This document shows, piece by piece, positions 23,292-36,700 of a stretch of DNA of 64,000 nt (position 1 is the stretch's first letter; each line of letters opens with the position of its first letter). A program made the position numbers and the translations under genes. The notes under the pieces were generated by a model. That model saw only the letters and a program-made list of their open reading frames with translations, was not told where the DNA came from and ran no database searches. Location of the stretch: the NCBI GenBank assembly GCA_028534125.1, contig CM052818.1:2854001-2918000 (forward strand), read 5' to 3'. This DNA is from Lama glama. Taxonomy: Eukaryota.

Positions 23292-25089
23292 ATTAATATT
23301 ATAAGAAACAGTTGTGAACGTATCACCCAGCATCAGAACAGGACTATTGACAGTGACATATTGTGTCCTCTTTCCCTATCCTGCGCTTGGCCTCTTCTCA
23401 CAGGAAGTAACCAGCATCCTGAATCCTGGCTTACCCTTCTCTTGGGTTATTTTCACACACACACAACATTTAGGATCAGTGAAAACAAATGAACTGCAGG
23501 TACATGCAACGAAGTGGATGAATCATACATTCTATGTTAAATGAAAAAAGTAAGCCCTAGAAGGTAGCCAATAGTGTGCTATGCTTTTAACTGTGTATAT
23601 ATATGTCAACTAAACTCACTAAATTAAGGACAATTACAGCTAGAGTCCAGGTGGGAGAGGGACAGATAAAAGATGAGGCGAGCAGATTTGCTGCAGGTGA
23701 GCGAGTTCCTTTCCAGTAACTTGTCATTCTCTCTGAAGCAGGAGGCAAGGCCATCTGCTGGGAGTCAGGGAAGAGACAGAGGGAAGCTTAGAGGTGTGCA
23801 GACAGCAGAGAATGTTGACACCACTGAGTGATAAGTGGGGAAATGTGCTCACTAGAGAAATCCTGGAGGACTGCCTGGCAGTGGCAATGTGGTGGGCATT
23901 GATTTGTAGTCTTAGAAATCTGTGCTGGGAGAGCCTGCTGCCTGCAGGCTCAGAACAAATAGAGCTGGATGAACCGAGATGGAAGTCGGCCTGGTGAGGA
24001 ACTGAAAAGATCAAGGGTCAAGGGAGTTTTGTTTGTCATAAAGAGAGTGCTGACTGTGGATGCAGAGCTGGAAGGTGGGGAAGTGGAAGTAAGAGGAACG
24101 TGGACAGGCAGGAAAGCAGAGGAGTCAGCGCATGATGCCCCAGTGAGGGTGAAGGAGGGCCAGGGAGGCCGGTGGAGAAGCAGCTGGATGGCTAGAGGTG
24201 GGCACTAAAAGGAGAGAGGCTGGACCTGGGGTGGAGACACGCCCGGGTATGAGCCTGGAGGTAGGGTGAATGGGGGTTGGCTGGCTCAGGCTGACGGAGG
24301 AGGAGACCCTAAAATGACCATACTGGGTGGTGGAGGGAGAACCAACTTTGACGTCCTGACGGTAGGAGGTGAGGCAGTGCAGAGCTGGTGGTCCAGGCGC
24401 TCCTGACTGAGGGGGACGAGCAGGGAGGCCAGGGTGGCAGGCACCGCTAGGAAAGGATCTGGGTTATCCAGGCGCTCCCAAGAGAGGAGGGGCAAAGGTC
24501 TGAAGGTGGAAAGTGAGCACAAGGAGGCCAACCCAGGCTCCTGACTGTGACAAACAGGGGGTGTGAGGGGGCAAAGCGTCAACCCCAGAGATGGTTGCCC
24601 AGGAAGCAGGGACCACAGGTAAAGTGAGAGGACACTCAGAGAAGAGAGGGAGAGAATCTTCTGGGCGTAGGGGGAAGAGAGGCCCCAGGACAAAAAGTGC
24701 AGAGGCACAGTGATGAGGATGGACTGACTCTACGGTGACACTGCGGGGATGGCTGGATCTTTGTCCTGAGGGCTTAGGTTGGTGGGGCTACTGGCCTCAC
24801 GAGGACCCCCCTCTCAGCATCCTGGACAGAGGTCTCCCGCTCCTGAGAGCTGTGTGGCCGCCACTGTTCTAGGAGGCGGTCTCCCTCCATCGTCTCCCAT
24901 CAGATTTTCCTGCCCAGCCCCGACTGCCAGTGAGGGAGCCTGGGCCTCGCGGCTGCTTCCCGTGGAGCGACACAGGCTCCTTGGAGAAGCAGGCTGATCT
25001 TACTTTTGCCCTTAGCCCAGGGCCTAGCAAAGCGCCAGCCCATGCGTGGGCCACGCAGGGGTTTGAATATTTACTAAACTAACTCAAAG

Positions 25090-25480
25090 CAGTAGGATAT
25101 CAGAGCTGAGGGAAGTGACCACTGAGCTCACAGAGTTCACTGCCCGCCCCCCTCCATTCTACAGACAAGGAAATGGAGGCCCAGAGGTGAAGCAGCCTTG
25201 GCCAAGGTCACGCTGCTCCTAAATGCTGGCCTGTGTCGGGCATGCCAAGTGATGAGCTGCAGGGAAGGGGCTGAGAGGGGGCTCTGAGGCCAGGCGGCTT
25301 GGGTTCAAGTCTCAGCTCTGCCATTTACTAGCTGTGGGATTAATGAATGTCCTTACCTGTAAAGCGGAGCTCACGGTGGTGCCACCTCATTGGGTTGTCG
25401 TGAACACTGGGAGTTCCTGGAACAGCAGGACAGAGCTCCTTAAGGGTTTGCTGTTGCTTTGGTTACTATTATTATCACCA
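25090..25480. mobile_element. Two MIR fragments in opposite orientation
   Basis: cattctacagacaaggaaatggaggcccagagg and gggttcaagtctcagctctgccatttactagctgtg. Confidence 0.65.
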
Positions 25481-26780
25481 AGTGAACCCTGAAATGAGGA
25501 ACAAAGGCAGCAAGAATTTTTTTAGAAAGGATTTTAAAGTCCCATGATGAATGTTTGATTTTATCTATTCAAGTTTGCATTTGACCCTTATTAACAATCG
25601 CACAACGAATTACTTTTCAGGCAATCTTGCCTTATGTCTTTAATTCTCACTAAAGACACAGGCTATTCAATAGGCAGCGGGTTCTTTTCCAGGAAGAGGG
25701 ACAAAAAGTTACAGATAACACGTTGCCTCTTGACCCCCAGTAAGTGAGTTGGTTGCGACCTGTCAACCCAGCTTTGGGGAAGTGCCCGCCCCTCCGCTGC
25801 CTGCAGGGGGCGCCCCACCCCACAAGAATCCAGTCCCTAGGTTCACTTCTTTGCTTCAGATCCCTCAAGGACTGCCTACGCCCCAGGGCCCCACCTGCCC
25901 GCCAGCCTCGCCTGCTCAACCATCCTCTGTTCCTACGCCCGCCCCACTACTCTTCACTTTGTCCTTCAAGTGTGGGCTCCCGTGGCTCTTCACCCAGCAG
26001 GGGTCTCCCCGTCCTCCACCTCGGGTAACTGCATCGTCCTGCACGGTGCCTAGCGAACCCGCGTGGAGGCAGGAAGCATCCAGAACACAGGTGCTTGCAG
26101 GGGCTGTGTTTCCCACTGCACGGGCCCTGGGGAGCTTTCTCTCGGCCGGTCACTAACAGGCGCTGAAGCTGTGGAATCTCGACGTCACCAATTTAAAGGG
26201 CATCATCATTAATTACAAAAGCAATCATTTTTTCAGTAGCACAAGGAGAAAAGACTTTGTGCAGCCCACCTCCAATTTTTTTCCTCCGTCTTCAGATGTT
26301 TCTCGCTCTCTGGGCAAGCGTAGAAAGCAAAACACGGGATATTATTTTTCAGTTATCTTTTTCCCACTCTGACGATCACTTTCCCAGAACTGATTAAGGC
26401 TAGAATGGTTTGGCTTTCGTGGACTGAGGATTCAGAGGCACCGGGAGAGGTGGGGGTAGGGGTTGAGGGGGTGGGAGATAGGAGGGGAGTGGGGGAGGGT
26501 AGGGGGAGGTTGAAAATAACATTTTAATCTGGGACAGTCTATGCTGTTCTTCCCACATAATCACTGGAAATCTGACTAAATCTTGCACAAGCACCAGCAG
26601 CAGGGAAGTTAGACCCGAGCTACAACAGCCTGCAGCCTGGGGTGGAAGGCAGGACGGTGGCTGTCCTGGAACTCCGGCTCCAAATCTCCCTTTTACTTCT
26701 GTGTAGTCTGGAACTTCCCCAAACACTTCCACATAATGTCTCACTAGATTTTCTTATCAGCCTATCAGCCCCAGCTTTGC

Positions 26781-26826
26781 AACCAGCAGACTTGCTTTCA
26801 TGTAACCAGCAGACTTGCTTTCACGT
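26781..26826. repeat. 23-bp tandem duplication (aaccagcagacttgctttca[t/c]gt x2)
   Basis: Seen directly, one mismatch. Confidence 0.95.
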
Positions 26827-26844
26827 ACCCAGCACATCTACTTA

Positions 26845-27130
26845 CCAGGAGTCAATTAGTCTCTCCAGGCCTTAGTTTTCTCATCTGCAAAATGGGTTCC
26901 ATGATAATACCAGGCCCCCTGAGCTACTGTGAGGGCTTCCTGAGATAAGGCAGGTGCAGCCTCACACAAGATCTGGCACCAGCAGGTGCTTCACGAAGGT
27001 TACTGTTTTTATTACTGTTATTATTTCTCCCATTTTTAACGTAAGAAAACCAAGACTCTGGTTAAGGTGTTTGCCTAAGAACCGCTACACAGACAGAGCA
27101 GAAGCTGGAATGCCGTCTCCTGGCTCCGGT
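26845..27130. mobile_element. MIR fragments
   Basis: ccttagttttctcatctgcaaaatggg core plus an antisense copy (cccatttttaacgtaagaaaaccaag). Confidence 0.65.
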
Positions 27131-28569
27131 CCACTGCCCTTTCCCAGTGAGCTGCGATGCTCCTGCCATGGTGACAGCCACATGGTTCCTCCTCCATCCA
27201 AAGGGAGGAAGGCGTAATTAATGCTTTCAAGAGATTCCAGACGCCCAGATGAAAGGACGCTCAGGCATGTCATTACCCAGCGTTTTTGTTTTATCGCTGT
27301 CTTTGAAGTTTGTTTTGGAGGAAGAACCTGATGGTTTCCCTGGGTCTGGTCCACGTGGCCAGCCCTCTGGGCCCTGGACTCGCCATCACGCTTGCCAGCT
27401 CCTGGGCCTCCCCCTCCAGGTCCTCCTCCAGCCGGCAGATGCAGCTTCTGGCATCAAAAGCCCACTGTGCCCATCAGTTCTGAGCAGAAGTAGCAGTGAG
27501 CTGGCTGGAAGCCCTTCCACCCCCTGCATCACCTTCTTCATACAGAAGGCTTTGTCCCCCTGCGCCCCTCCGGGCCCTGTCACTGCTTTGCTCTCTAATA
27601 GTGCGCAGCGCTCCCTGGAGGAGGGGAGGCGACACCACTAACACAAAGGCGTGGGCTATTGCTTTTAGAAAGATTGTGGAACTGCTGTCAACCTAAGGGA
27701 AAGGGGAGCGGGGAGGGGGACGTGGAGGCCTCAAGACAAACTTCTCCTCCCTCACAATTACGGGGGAAGGCTGAATCATTAAAGATATGAATCAGATTTA
27801 TTCTCGTGGCTTCTAAAATAAACACCACAGGGCCAGCATGACCTGACAGCCTGTTCTGGTCCACAGTGGCCTGTGGTCTCAATTAAAAAAAGAAAAGACG
27901 GCATGTCCCAGTCCCAAAGATTGTGTCATCCTGAAAGGCTGAGACCAACATTCTTGCCCTTTATGGCGAGAAAGAAACACGTGACCGGGCTCTCCCATTT
28001 CTGTGTTGTTGTGGGCCTGGTTGGGTCATTGTGGCAACTGGAGGGGAACGGAGCCTTGGATGCAGGACAAAGGCGAGCGTTCTGTTGCTACCTGCTTTCT
28101 CTAATTTCCCAGCCAGAGCTGAAGCCCTGGGTAAGGGGGCTGCTGAGGTACGGGTAGCAGAAGGGAAGATCCATCTCTTGGATGCAGATGAGTGTTTCTC
28201 TCCCCGAAGGCCCACCTTCATGTCTGAGCTCCTAGTAGAGGGTGGAAACTCAGGGAGGGTGATGGAGGATTCCAGGAAGGACATTTTCTCAATTATCTCC
28301 TCCACTGCCTTCCGCTGAATTTGAAATTCTGTCTCTCAGTGTTCACTTATTCCATTTATTTAGCAGTCAAAGGAATCTTTGATTTTTTTAAGAACCTCTT
28401 TTAAAATGCAGGCTCACCTTTAAGCGATGATATTAAAGCATTCCCATCAGCAAGCCGGAAGAGCTGACTTCATGGGGCAGGGGCTGGGCAGAGCCAGGCT
28501 GTCCAGCCCTGACAGAGGACAGCCACGCAACCTAGTGGTAAACCTGCGGGGCCAGGGATAGAAACTCTG

Positions 28570-28989
28570 TTTTCCCCCCTCAGAATATTTGGAAATAAAA
28601 TCATTGCAGATGAAATTATACTTCATCCTGGGGGAGGGTAAGCTGTTTATCCAATATGATTGGTGCCCTTTCAGAAAGAAGATGTGACGATTGGAGGGGA
28701 GAATGCCAGGTGAAGGCACAAAGACACCCAGACATAGAGGACAGATGGTCATGCCAAGGTGGTGGCAGAGATTGGAGTCAGATTGTCACAAGCCGAGGAA
28801 CTCCTGGGGCTACCAGAAGCTGGAAGAAGTAAGGAAGTGTCCTCTCCTAGAGCCTGGAGGGAGTGTGGCCATGCCCACCCCTTGATTTTTGTACCTCTAG
28901 TCTCCAGATCCATGAAAAAACACATGTCTGTTGTTTAATGCCACCTGGTTCATGACACTTTGTTACAGCAGCTTTAGGAGGCTAATACC
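28570..28989 (+). mobile_element. MLT1B/C/D-like MaLR solo LTR
   Basis: Diagnostic ccagaagctggaagaag...tctcctagagcct...gggagtgtggcc...tgttgtttaatgccacc...tttgttacagcagc...ctaatac. Confidence 0.85.
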
Positions 28990-29819
28990 CACACCTGCTT
29001 CAGTATCTAACTCACCAAGTGACCTGAGCAAATGTTGGCTTCTATCAGGGATTCTGTCAAAGGAGTTGCTTGGACTTAAATAAACTAGGCTCCCTCCAGC
29101 TCAGCAATGTTGAAGTGGTGTTCTGAAGTTAGGAAGGCAGGTCATTCATTCAGCGAGTTATCTTTGAGTGTATTCTGTGCCAGGCTTGAGTGGTGAGCAG
29201 GACCTTGCTCTCAGGGAGGGTATGTCCTTGCCTCTCAAAGGGAGGCTGAGGCTGTTAGAGAGGACTGGAAATGGACTAAAGCCAGGAGGAGCCTGGGTCC
29301 CTCAAAGTGTCCCTCTGAGTAGGTCCTAAGGATCTGGGGTGGGGGTGGGAGGGCATGAATTGACTGAGAGCTGGACTTTTGAACAGGAAATGCAATAAGG
29401 GCAGAGGGGCAAGGCAGGGAGGAAACTAAAGATTTCCCAAGAGGTCAAAAAGGAAATTAGCAACATGATAAATTAACATGGTTAATGTTTAGGAAGGTGT
29501 TAACCTGCGTTTCTGTGTTACCTGCAGATACTTAAAATGATAGCTACACTTTTCTTACTTGTGATCACATTCTTTTTCTCCCTTTGAAATAACAGCTCAC
29601 TTGAAGAAATATACACCTATAGAAAAATAAGAGGTGGTTGTGGGGATCTTGGTGGGCTAAGATTGTTGGTATTTTCTCAGCCTTACCATTGGGTCAGGGC
29701 ACCCAAAAAAGGTACCACAGCATGAAGAAGCAGCTACGAGACCAGCAAGCAAAGGTGTCAGGAGAAGTTAATCAGTTTTTAATATTAATTTTTATTTTAA
29801 CAATGCACATAGTTTCAAA

Positions 29820-30300
29820 CACCAGCTTGAGCTAAACTGTTTATTACAAGCTATGATTCCCGGTCCACCTTTTCCCTGTGTCCCCTCCCCAGAGGTCACC
29901 GCTGTCAACTGCTGTCTTGCTGGGTTTACTCATCTCCATGTTTCTAAATAACAAGTATATGCTGTTGTTTTTTACTTTATCAATTTCAGATGCTGTCTAC
30001 TGACTTCCGATTACGATAGATGAAGATCTGGTCCTTTACACCACCATCCCCATCCTTGTTTCCTGTTCCCCCTTCTCCCCATATAGTTACAGTGCTTAGA
30101 ACAATATTCACTATTTACTTAATATGCTTAGACAAATATTTTTCACAGCTGAGCATGGTAGTGCACTGAGATTATGTTTCGTTTCTTAATTTTTGTTTTA
30201 TCTGTAGTTAATAATTGCCTTGGTTTTTTATTTACTTCATTTTTTTTAACTTAACTGCTCATTCACCTCACAACTTCCAGAAGTCTCTCAGAAGATTCTT
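29820..30300 (-). mobile_element. Old L1 (L1ME-like) fragment
   Basis: T-rich degenerate antisense L1 text (cccctccccagaggtcacc...). Confidence 0.45.
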
Positions 30301-30459
30301 CTACAAGGTTAAGCAATCTAATTTTTCCTTTCTTTAATTTTTATTTTTTGCTGTTGAAACCATCCCTTATGAAAACTTGCTTTCTCCTATCTGTGCTATT
30401 TGCTTTCTAGGCTGTCTTCCTGGGACTGAATTCTCTTTGTTGTCAGCCTTGGAATATTT

Positions 30460-30593
30460 CTGGGGTGGGTAGAGTGGGGAGAGGTAATTAGGTTTATTTT
30501 TATTTATTTAAATATTTAACGGAGGTGCTAGGGATTGAACCCAGGACCTCACACATGCTAAACACACACTCTACCACTGAGCTATACCCTCCC
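30460..30593 (-). mobile_element. tRNA-Ala-derived SINE, camelid Vic-1 type
   Basis: Reverse strand reads GGGAGGGTATAGCTCAGTGGTAGAG (A box)...GGGTTCAATCCC (B box), followed by an aaataaataa...aaacctaattacc tail. Confidence 0.85.
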
Positions 30594-33539
30594 GTTGGAC
30601 TTTACTAATTCTCCCGAATTCTATTCCTGCAGACTCCTGCAAGTTAGCATACAAATCCCTGAAAATACTCCTTGCTGCCAGCAGAGGGCGCCCTCACTGT
30701 GCCCACACTCTCCTCAGAAAGTGCCCTCTGGAGTCCAGGGGAGCTTTTGGTGTGGGAAACATTTCCCCGGGGTTTCTGGTTATCATATTTCCCCAACAGG
30801 CACCTGTTTGACTGGCATTTCCTGGCATTCACCCATCTTAGCATATTTCTTTGTCGGTTGAGTTTGGCTTGAAGGGAGGTTTCAGTAAATCATTGCTTCA
30901 CACCATCAGGTGAGTTCAGATTGCCTTAGCTTGGAAACCAACCTAAGCAGAGCGATGAAAATAAACATGATCTTGAGTAACTCTACACGGATTTTGCTGT
31001 TATACTAATAGGGTGTTAATTAGTAAAGAGCGCTTAACCCTTTTTACTGCCAATCTAAACAAGCTGGCTTTGTTTTTGGCTGTCGGCCCTGCAATTGCTT
31101 CTCAAAGTGATTTGCAAACATTAATTAAATACTTCAATGCGCATCCAAGTAGTAGGTATCATCCTCCAAGATGTGGAAAACAGATGCCCTAAGCCAGTCT
31201 GTGACTTACTACAGTTAACACCCAGCTGGGGCTGGATTTACAATTCTACCAACAGTTCCATGGATCTGTACCCATTTCCCCAGACCTCTCCAGCAAGTCA
31301 CCACCTATCAGCAGACATGGACACCCTTCCTGTGCCAGCAGCTCCAGCATCAGTTTGTTCCAGGATGGCGCTGCTGTCTCGTGCCCTGCGCACTTGTCCC
31401 TGTTGAGACCTTTTAAGATGTCAGTTCCCCGTCTCCTAATTTTTGTTTCAGAAAATGTGATCTTCAAGATCTTCATGGCTGCACAGACATTTCACGGTAA
31501 CTACCATGCTGTACACACATTCCTCGCCATCATTTAATGTCCTCTCTGAAAAGGGAGGCTCTGTCTTTCAATCATGGTGGGACCCGGGTTCTGGACCATG
31601 GGGCTTGGTGGACCCGAGCGTGGGAAATGCTCAGGTTCTGTGAGGAGTAAAGGGCTCGTTCCCTGAGTCTTCTATTCTCAGAAAACAAATAGCACAGGGT
31701 GGACAGAGCAAGGAGTGCCCCTCTCCCCCAACCCAGCATTCCACGGTGTGCCCAAGGCAAACTGTTTATCCTTTGCCCGGCCTGGGGGACTGTGGCTCAC
31801 AGGCAGCCTGGGCTAGTTTCATAGACAAGGAGGTAGAGCCACCTCCCAGGCCCAGAGGCCAGCCTGGCTGTCAGGAGTGAGCCCTGCAGAGTATCGGACT
31901 CAGCACTTCTGCTCTGTCTATTTCAGACACGTGCTGTAGTTGCAAACCCAGAAACCGTGACACACCCTGGACTTTACTGCCTGCTTCCAGGTGTGATGTC
32001 AGGCTGACCTGTCCAGCTGTGACTGACATCCGAGAGCGGGCTAATGACTCCATCCTGCTGAGTTCTGACTGTTCTCAAAGGGGTTTCATACCAGATGAGC
32101 AGCATGAACTCAGGACGTGGCTAGCCCTGCACAGCTCACACCTGGCTCCTCCCCCAGGAAAGTGCTCCATGAGGACTCCCCCACCTTCAGCTAACTAAGC
32201 AAGCAGGAGTCTCAGGGATTCCTGACCTCTGGATGGTTACTCAGCAAGAGCTGCCTAACTGGGATGAGGTTCACTTCTGTGGAGAGCCAGATGCCTGCTC
32301 AGTTTCCGTCCACCTGTTTCATTGCTTTCCTTACTTACCGAAGGCAGAGCAGAACCCTGTGAGTAAGTGACCCTTCAGGAGATAAGTTATTGTACTTCGG
32401 CTAATATGGGATTAGAGTGTTTAGCTGCAGCAGCTCACGTCTGTAAATATGTTACGGGTTCCTGGAGCCTCTAGCAATACACCCAGTGGATCTCCTAAAT
32501 CACCAGAGGGGCACGTAGGTAAAAGATTCTTGGAGTCTCTCCAGCCTCTGGATGCCCGAGCCTTGCCGGAGGCGTGAGGTATCAAGCCCCCGCTGTGAGT
32601 GTCTATATGGGTAGGAGTTGGAGTTTACAGAACGAATGATTGAGGGGAACTCATTTGTGGAGGTCACAGGATAGCAGCTCAGTGGCCAGAAGGCTTCCTC
32701 CTGCATAAATTAGGAGCAAGTTTTGGTGACATGTGCCACTTGATTGGTCCCCATAATTACTTCTGGAGCTGAGGGTTCTACGCATGTTCTACAGATGGTT
32801 GGAAGGTGTCCCATTCATTCTAACGTGTGTGGGGCCAAAAGGAGGAAGGAGAGAAGAGAAGGAGAAGGAAGGGAAGAAGAGAGGCTTTTGGAATCCAGTT
32901 AAATCAGAATGTTGGGATCCGAATGTCAGCCTCACGCAGGTGACAGATGGAGATAATGACAGATCTAGGGGCTGTCCCAAGGCTGCCCCCAGCTGTACGG
33001 ATAGGTGTGTATGGATTTATAGTCACACCTACTGGACAACACAACACACAATACAAATCACCACTAAATGCTGGATTAAACAGTATTTTCAAATACATGC
33101 TGTCAAGAAAGTCAAGAAAATCTCTAAAGGCCACATGCCAACCGGAGCAGGAGTCCAGAGAGGAGAGAAATAAGGTCAGCGGAAGCCCGAGGGGCCTATG
33201 ACAACCCCTCACCGTGACCTGGAGCTTCATTCATGTGACCACACACAGGACAGAGTGTTCCCAGGCTGGAACGTCATGTTGATCCAAATACGGCAGTGAC
33301 TCCCAGGGGTCACCCAAGCAGTTACAGGAGGAACCAGAGAAAATGTTGATCTCACAGAAAAGAAGGCAGCAAGAATACAAGGCTAACAGAAGCCTTGGCT
33401 CCTGCTAGAGGGAAATGGGGTGGCGGGGAGAAGGAAGAAGGTCTCTCTCCCTTAAGAATTTATACATAAAAGCCTGCCTGTATACAGTTTGGGGCCAGAA
33501 ATCATACTCTCCAGGTTGTTCAGAGAGCTTCAAGCCTCC

Positions 33540-33760
33540 CTAATTAATGATATGAAGATGCATTGAAGGAGAAGTATACTGATGCCTGCAATTTACTTTG
33601 CAATGCATCCAAACATTAAGATGGACGGAGGGATGGGTACAGAGATTCAGAGACGGCTGGACATGTGGCAAAGCAGATATAACGAAATGTCCACAGTGGA
33701 ATCTGGGTGGTGGGTGTCTGAGCTCTCTATTTTTAGTTTTCTCATTCGCGAATATGCCTG
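33540..33760 (+). mobile_element. L1MC-like 3' end fragment
   Basis: gaagtatactgatgcctgcaatttactttg...gaatctgggtggtgggt. Confidence 0.65.
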
Positions 33761-36700
33761 AAGTCCCCATTTCTTTAGGTCCTCTTTCACATCCTTCTAT
33801 AAAGTTGAATAATCTTCACAGATACCTTACTTATCTTTTATTGGATTTATTCCTATGGATTTAATATTATTAAATGTTATTATCAGTGTACCATGAGGAT
33901 TTTTCAAGATATCTAGTTTTCTCCATTACCAGAAATTAATTTTTGAGGTTTTTAACCTTTTTTTATAGAGTTGGCTGCAGACGAGTTTTGTCTATGTTTG
34001 ACTGTGTCACTTAAAAATCCATTTTCTAACTAATTAGCCCTTTTCTAATTGGGACGAGAGTGTCCCAGACCTTCTCAGCCTGGGAGATTGCGTTTCTATG
34101 GTTGCTCAGCATGAAAACGGTCCTCCACCCCCACGATGCTTTCCTGCAGGAATCCAGTGTTTATCTGCCAGTCTCCCACCCACCAAGGACTTCCAAGGCT
34201 CAAGCAGAGGTGCTTACAGGTTCCCCTGTCCTTCCTGGAGGCTGCTTGCTGCAGGCCTGGGTCTCACCCCGGTCAGCTGATTCACAAAGAGCCTGCAACT
34301 GGCTCGTTGGCCGGTCATTTCCCCAAGTCACCTCTTTCCAAGTGTGAGCACGTAGCCATCCCTTAATGCCTTGAGCAGTGGCTCAGGCAGGAGCTAAAGG
34401 GTCAAGATTCCAGGGGTGGCAGGTAGGGGGGCAACATCAATGAGTAATGGACAGCTGCCCCCAGTATGGCCCACGCCCAGAATCTTGCCTCTGTGTGGCA
34501 GGAGCCAGCCTCTCCCCATGAGAGTCCTATCCCAGAGCCTTCAGCTCCAAACCTACTCTCGCAAGACCCAGAGAGAGGAATGGGGTTTTGAATCTTCTGC
34601 CTCCCTTCCTCCTTTCCCATTCCAAGGAAAGAGTCCTCGCAAGGTGGTTGGCCATGGGAAATTCTGCTTCCTTTAGGGAGAAACCTCCGCTTACAACCAA
34701 GGGGATGGGGCCTTGTGCAGCGGGTCCTAACCAGACAAGCTGTTTAGACAGTTTCAGGCAGCATGACTCATTATAAACTTGTCTTTGATAGAAAAAGTTG
34801 CTGGGGAGTCATAATGGCCCTGGTGCGTGCAGGGAGGGGTGGCGCCAAGGCCTGCCCATCCCCTGCCCATCCAACAGCAAACAGCTTGGAAGAAGCCGAG
34901 GCAACACTTGAAACTTTCAAAAATTAGGTAATTGATCACTATGCAAATTAATTTTTGGTAAATTGTATCTGCTTTGAAAGCAGCTAAAGCCTCTAAAAAT
35001 CTTAACAGAGAAACACCTTGTTTTGTCTTGATTTCAGCTGAGATGTCTCATAAGTTTTTCTGTTGGTTATTACAGTGGCTGCTGGTTTCATATTTCTATT
35101 ATTTTTTACCATATTAAACAAATATGCTTCTGTACCTAGATTTTAGAGCATTTGTATCAGTATTTTGACTTTACACAGTATTTCTAGTTAAAGTTTTATT
35201 TCTCCAGATCAATTAAAGGCAATTACTATAGCATAACCTTAGGGTTTTTTCCCCTCCTACTCTCGGAGTTTTGCAAGTGAGTCTCTTGGGAGAGGAGTAA
35301 GCATTTTGTAATTCACTCACCACTTGCTTGCTATGTAAATGACATGATCCAAGAGACAATGGTTCTGTTTCTGTTGTCTTGGGTATATTTGTCAGGGACA
35401 GGAAATCCTCATACAGACAACAGTATTCTTTGTGTTTTTTTTTTGGCTTAGATTTAGATCTTAATTAGCCTTGACTTTTACAAAGGCACATTTTAAATTT
35501 ATTAATTTCTGTCACCTAGGAAAATCAGATAATGCTGTTCATATCTGGAAGCCGTCTAGTTAGGAGATTATCGCTGAGACAAGTAACTAATTGAAATTCA
35601 CCATGAAGGGAAATTAAAATTAATGGCAATTGTTCCTTTGAGTAGATTATGACATAGAGTTCACAGATCCATTTTAACTGCTCTTTGCAACAAAAACAAA
35701 TCCAAATTGCCTAGAAGGTGTAGAAGGAAGAATTTTTTACTACTTGTAGGTTCCCTTCTCCTTTTCTCTTCTGATGTACCCTAGCTGGAAAAGACTGTGA
35801 AATTCCTTTGTTCTCTAGTATAGACTATAACCTCTTTCCCCAGGGTGCTTTGTGTGCCATCGGCCTGGGTTTTTTTTTGAAAATAATGATGATTGCACCC
35901 TCTGCTCGTTCCCATCTTCCATTCCTAAGCATCACACAAAGCCCACTGCCAGGAGGACCCTCCCCCTTCCACGACAGCCTGACAGAAACCCCTGCGAATG
36001 CTGGAGTGATTCTAGAGTAGCATTATGCATGAGTGAAATACAAAATAAGCAGGCACTTATCATGGAGCCATGGAACCATCCACCATTCTGTTCTGTTTCT
36101 TTGGGATAAATTTTGTTCTCTTCTCTTCATCTTCTTTTTAACATGCATAGGGCTCTGCGTACCACATGTTATGTTTTGAGGCTCAGTGTGACTTCCAAAG
36201 TCCAGCGTGACGTAACCCAAATCTGATTGTTTCCTCTACGTTCTATTCGCTAAGGATTACTGGGATTCCAGGAATTCCAGCCCTCTCAAGACTTTGACCA
36301 GGAAGTTCCCATTGACCTTGCCCGAAAGTTAAGCTGTCAGTACATCCACTAGCCCTCCAAGCCCCTCTCCCCTTGCCTTGAGCAGCCACTGCTCACCAGC
36401 AGACTCTCTTCCCTTTCTGCAGTCACAGTTCAATTTACACTTGCCAGTGGACTTCACCATTGCGATTAGCCTTGATGGTTTGGAAGGAATTTGTATTTCT
36501 GGAGTTGGAAACAAAGGATCTTGTTCAAGAGAATAAACTAGCATTTAGAGACTACTTAATATATCCCACATCGCAGACTATAAAATCTTTGACCAACACA
36601 CCTCATTTAATTTAACCTGAAAAACAAGTGTGCAAGATGTTTGGTTTTTACAGAACTGTACACTAATGTTCTAAGCTTGCCCAAGTTCCCTTGGATGATC

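Noticed and set aside
30521..30593. Possible tRNA-Ala gene
   Set aside because: Degenerate anticodon arm and a SINE-type A-rich tail, so called a SINE.
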